From the human T2T-CHM13v2.0 reference genome, Homo sapiens: a DNA stretch of 64,000 nucleotides. The DNA is taken from assembly GCF_009914755.1 (NCBI RefSeq), contig NC_060934.1, one strand, 5' to 3'. Both the position numbers and the translations under genes were made by a program. The notes beneath the pieces are model-generated. The model was not told the DNA's origin, did not search any database, and saw only the letters and a program-made list of their open reading frames with translations. This document shows, piece by piece, positions 59,262 to 64,000 of the stretch (positions are counted from its first letter, which is position 1; each line of letters starts with the position of its first letter).

Positions 59262-59634
59262 CGTATTAGTCCGTTCTCACTCTGCTAATAAAGACATACC
59301 CGAGACTGGGTAATTTATAAAGGAAAGAGGTTTAATTGACTCAATTCCACAGGGCTGGAGAAGCCTCAGGAAACTTACAGTCATGGCAGAAGGGGAAGCA
59401 AACACATCCTACTTCACATGGTGGCAGGAAGGAGAAGTGTTGAGCATAAGAGGGAAAAGCCCCTTATAAAACCATCAGATTTCGTGAGAACTCACTATCA
59501 CGAGAACAGCAGCATGGGGGTAACTGCCCCCATGATTCAATTACCTTCCACAGGGCCCCTCCTACAACATAGGGGTATTATGGGAACTACAATTCAAGAT
59601 GAGATTTGGGTAGGGACACAGCCAAACCATATCA
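59262..59634 (-). mobile_element. THE1-family MaLR solo LTR (THE1C-like)
   Basis: Reverse complement starts tgatatggtttggctgtgtcc; 5-bp TSD GCTTC at 59257-59261 and 59635-59639. Confidence 0.88.
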
Positions 59635-59659
59635 GCTTCCTAACCGCTTTCTGCCCTGG

Positions 59660-60255
59660 ACCCCTTGTGTTCTCTGCTCAGAAGCCTCCAATGCCACCCA
59701 TTCCACACAGAGTAAAAGTCAAAGTCTTTCAAAGGCCTAAAGCAACACCATCCCACCACCAGCACTATCTCCTTTTGGATCTGATGGCTTCCTACTGTCA
59801 CTCCTACTACTGTCCGCTGATCTGGCAGATGTCTTCAGTGACACTTGAACACACAGGTATGCTACTGCCCCAGGGCCTCTGCACATGCAGCCTCTCTGCC
59901 TGGAATGCTGTTCGCCAGATGCCCACATGGCATACTCCCTCACCTCCTTTGGGTTCTTACTCAATGTCCCTTGATCAGCGTGACTTTCCCTGGCTACCCG
60001 ACCTAAACATGCAACTCCTCCCACACCACCCGTGCAACTCCCTATCCTCTTTCCTGCTTCACTTTTCTCCTCAGCATGAAGCACTAGCACCTCGGTTATG
60101 TGGTTACTTTCTGCCTTCCTCTCTTTAGCATCAGCTCTATGAGGGGAGGAGCTGATGTCTGTTTTGTTCAGGGCTATATTTCCAGCATTGAACATAGTGT
60201 CTGGCATAAGGTGAAGGCTCAATAAATCCTTGCTTGAACTGAATGAGTGAATCAA
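59660..60255 (+). mobile_element. L2 LINE 3' remnant
   Basis: Motifs cagggcctctgcacatgc, ctctgcctggaatgct, ctcaataaatccttgcttgaactgaatgagtgaat. Confidence 0.75.
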
Positions 60256-61506
60256 AGTTTTGAGAAATAATTAGACGGCGGAGTTAAAGGTTAGATAATC
60301 CACATTCAGAATTCTGAGACTATATGTTGCCTACTAAAGGGAAAAGCCAGAAGCCCTGCGGGGTCCCCTGAGAGAGGTCAGGGCTGCACTCTTGGGAAGT
60401 AGAAAGTAGCCTCATCAGGGAAAAGCCTTAACCAATGACCACTCTGGCTATACCCAGAAAGAGCCCAGAAGACTACAGACAGCGACTTCAGGCTAAGAGA
60501 GGAGACCAAGATAAGAGAGGTGAGAGGGGGAACTCTTTGGTGACAATTATTCATCTTCTCTATTTTATAATATCTTTTATTATTTTTATTCTATAAAATC
60601 TCTGAAATAAATGATTTTCTAAGGTAACACAAAATAGCTATAATAGAGTTGTGAAGAAGAAAATGTGTATATACCAAAAGCCAGGAATTACATGCCCTCC
60701 CCAAAAGCTTCCAGGTTCAGAGAGTTTTACAAGTGAGATTTTTACAGTTTCAAAAAATAGTAACTTCTCTATCTATTCTCTATTATATGATCAATTCTTA
60801 AAAATGGACTTATCTGTGTTTTTCCATGCTCTGTATTGGTTTAGAAAGTTGGCATTACCTGGACACAAGTTCCCTTGCATTTTTTCTTAAATGGCAAGCT
60901 TATCACACTAATGACTAACAACAATAATCCTAAATAAAATACTAGGGTATCATATCCAAGACTGCATTAAATGAATAAAAGACATGAGCTATAGCAGATG
61001 CTGTAGGGTACAGCCCAAATCCCCTCTTCAGGGACCTTATTTGTCCTGGGCTCTTGAAGAGTGACCTGCTAAAGGCTCAGAGCTAGTCCCTTCATGAGAA
61101 CTGCCCTCTGCTACAAGGAGCTGCCTCACCTGGGGCTACATCCCCTGTCAGTGGTGGTGCCCCCCACCCCCCCACCCCCCCCACCACCACACACAAATGC
61201 TGGCTGATGTAGGGACAAAGGTCAGCTGCCTTGCCTCAATTTGGGATACTTTTTCCTGTGGGATGGGTTGAGGCTTCCCAGGCAGCTGCAGCCAGCCTGA
61301 GTTCTCCACCCTTATTCCCTCACAGGCATGGGCATTAAATCCTACCCTGGTGATCTGCATACCAGAAGACCGAGCATTCTAAGAGTCCATGTGGGCATAC
61401 TGGAGGCACTCAGTAAATGGTAATTTCATCATATGAAGAATTACAATAGCGTAGGAGTGTACACACGCCACAGAAAAGTCATCAAACTGGACTAGAAAGC
61501 CCAGAA

Positions 61507-61515
61507 ACACACACA

Positions 61516-61547
<32 letters not shown>
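61507..61547. repeat. Interrupted (AC)n microsatellite
   Basis: Direct reading. Confidence 0.9.
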
Positions 61548-61558
<11 letters not shown>

Positions 61559-61934
61559 GTGTTACTATTATTTTAAATTACTGGTGAAATGATGATGTTG
61601 ACAATGACATTAATCTATTATTATTGATGATATCTAGTATATTTATTTACTTACACACACTAAAACTTCTAACTATATCTTTTTTAAAAAATACGTACAC
61701 AGAAGAAAATAGCTAAGGAGACACAAATGAGACAGTGTATCCAGCATAGTTTGAAAGCAACAGAGCCAAGTTTCACCACAAATGTGACAAACTCCACAAA
61801 GCCCAAGCTTCTAGCCACTGCCCTGTACAGACTTCAGCCAGTCATTTCCAATTCAGACATTAGGACTCAAGCACACACTTTCAAGACTTGTGATACATCT
61901 TACCAACTTGTCCTCACAATTTGCATTCCCTTCA

Positions 61935-62430
<496 letters not shown>

Positions 62431-62869
62431 AATCCTAATTTGATAGACCCCAAATAAGAGCTCATGGCTGTTTTATTTTGCTTTTCTATCTTAACAAATG
62501 AAGCTAATTATTTTTTCATATAATTATTAGTCATTTTATTTTCTTCTCTAAAGTGCTTTAGAGTGGCCTTTGCCAGTCTGCCTGTGTATTTATCTTAATT
62601 GTAGTAATACAATTATGTTCTCATATAAAGAAGATTTTGTATACCATATATTATCTCCCACCGTTCGTCATTCTTCTCAATTTGGCTTAAAGTATTTTTC
62701 CTACTGTCAAATTTTACTTAAGGTGGGTTTCTTTCCCCATGAATTCTAAAATATATCAATCTTTCTACCATGTTCCCTTTTTTTAAAATTTTTTTGGCCA
62801 TCCCCATCATATAGATAATTTTTTTTTTTTTTTTTTACTGCATCTATTTTTTTTTCTTTGTACTTTTGG

Positions 62870-63560
62870 GGCACTGGTTCTGGACTTTGACTGTACATTT
62901 AAATCACCTGGGAAACTTTTAGAATTGTTGACACCTGGGTCTCAGCACCCCCTACCTGCATTCTGATTTAATGGGCGTGGGGTACATTCAGGCAGAGGGA
63001 GTATTAAGGCTCCAGAGTGATTCTAATGAGCCATCCAGGTTAAGAAGCATTGCAAACTTTTTCTATAAATGAACATATAGTAAATATTAATAAATATTTT
63101 AGGCTGTCACAACGACTCAACTTTGCTGTAAATAATAGGAAAACAAATAGGTGTGACCATATTCCAGTAAAATGTTATTCATATAAATAGGCCATGGACA
63201 CTAATTTTCTACACTTGCTTTGGAGGCATGGGATTCAAATCCATTGTGCACATGAATCACCTGGCATTTGTAAACATCCAGATTCTGACTCAGTGGGTCT
63301 CCGATGGGGCCTGATACTGTGCATTTCTAACAAGCTCTAAGCTATCGTCAATGCTGTTGGTCAGAAGACCACACTTTGGGAAAACAAGGCTGCAAGGCAG
63401 TGGTCCCCAGATTTCTCTGCCATTGCAATCACCCGAGGATTTTAAAGCAATACTGAGGCCTGCTTCCCACCAGATTCAACGGGTCTGGGATACAAGCTGG
63501 GCATCAGAATTTTTATAAATTCTGATTCGAGTGTGCAGCCAAGTTTGGGAACCAGTGGTT
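62870..63560. mobile_element. Cluster of hAT-Charlie MITEs (three MER5-like and one MER58-like)
   Basis: Repeated aatcacctgg / ttctgatt / gattctaatg MER5 motifs; MER58 motifs at ~63053-63220. Confidence 0.7.
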
Positions 63561-63853
63561 CAGAATATATTTTCTTTTCTCTAACCTTTAATTTGTTAAT
63601 CTGTTTTGATGTATTTATTTATTTTGGTTAACAGTGCACCAAAAGGACCAAGCTTTATTTTTCTAATCAAGAAGATTCTAATGTACAGCCAGATGATGGA
63701 TGAGGATGAGTCCAGTGTACAGCCAAGTTTGGGAATCACTGCTTTAGAGTATCTTTTATTTTCTTTTTTTAACCTCTAACTTGTTAATCCATCAGGATGT
63801 ATTTATTTATTTTGGCTAGTAGTATGCCAAAAGGAGAATGCTTTATTTTTTCT
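63531..63853 (+). repeat. Old tandem duplication, ~135-bp unit, period 184 bp
   Basis: 63531-63664 aligns with 63715-63853 (cagccaagtttggga...ttgttaatc...gatgtatttatttattttgg...ccaaaagga...gctttattttt). Confidence 0.88.
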
Positions 63854-64000
63854 CCAAATAGCAAATTTCCGTTAATCCGAGTAATCACTTGAGTAATTTA
63901 AAACCAGTAATCTACCCTCTAAGCACACTACCAGTCTATTTAAATCAATTTTAAAGAACATACTGGCTAACTAGAAGTTAAATCAATAATACAATAAGAG

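Noticed and set aside
59418-60128. Longest ORF in the track (236 aa)
   Set aside because: It runs through an antisense THE1 LTR into an L2 remnant, with no domain or splice support; a repeat-derived chance ORF.

Overview
Human (or very closely related great-ape) genomic DNA from inside KCNMA1 (Slo1, the BK large-conductance Ca2+-activated K+ channel alpha subunit), transcribed on the minus strand. I read nine canonical coding exons with GT-AG boundaries and consistent phases (exons 6-14 by recalled RefSeq numbering: S4, S5, pore with TVGYGD filter, S6, S6-RCK1 linker and most of RCK1). A tenth, paralogous 92-nt exon (e9alt) lies 100 nt downstream of exon 9. The rest is intron with Alu, L1, L2, CR1, MIR, LTR and DNA-transposon remnants and microsatellites; nearly all ORFs in the supplied track are spurious. 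The two most notable observations are (1) the mutually exclusive exon 9/9alt pair, which is known but easily missed, and (2) a MER66-like solo LTR beside exon 13 that carries a ~360-bp insertion stitched from two non-adjacent pieces of intron 3-4 kb away, in swapped order with junction microhomology. I found no evidence for a wholly new biological system. Repeat family names are from memory of consensus sequences, and repeat boundaries without a stated TSD are approximate.
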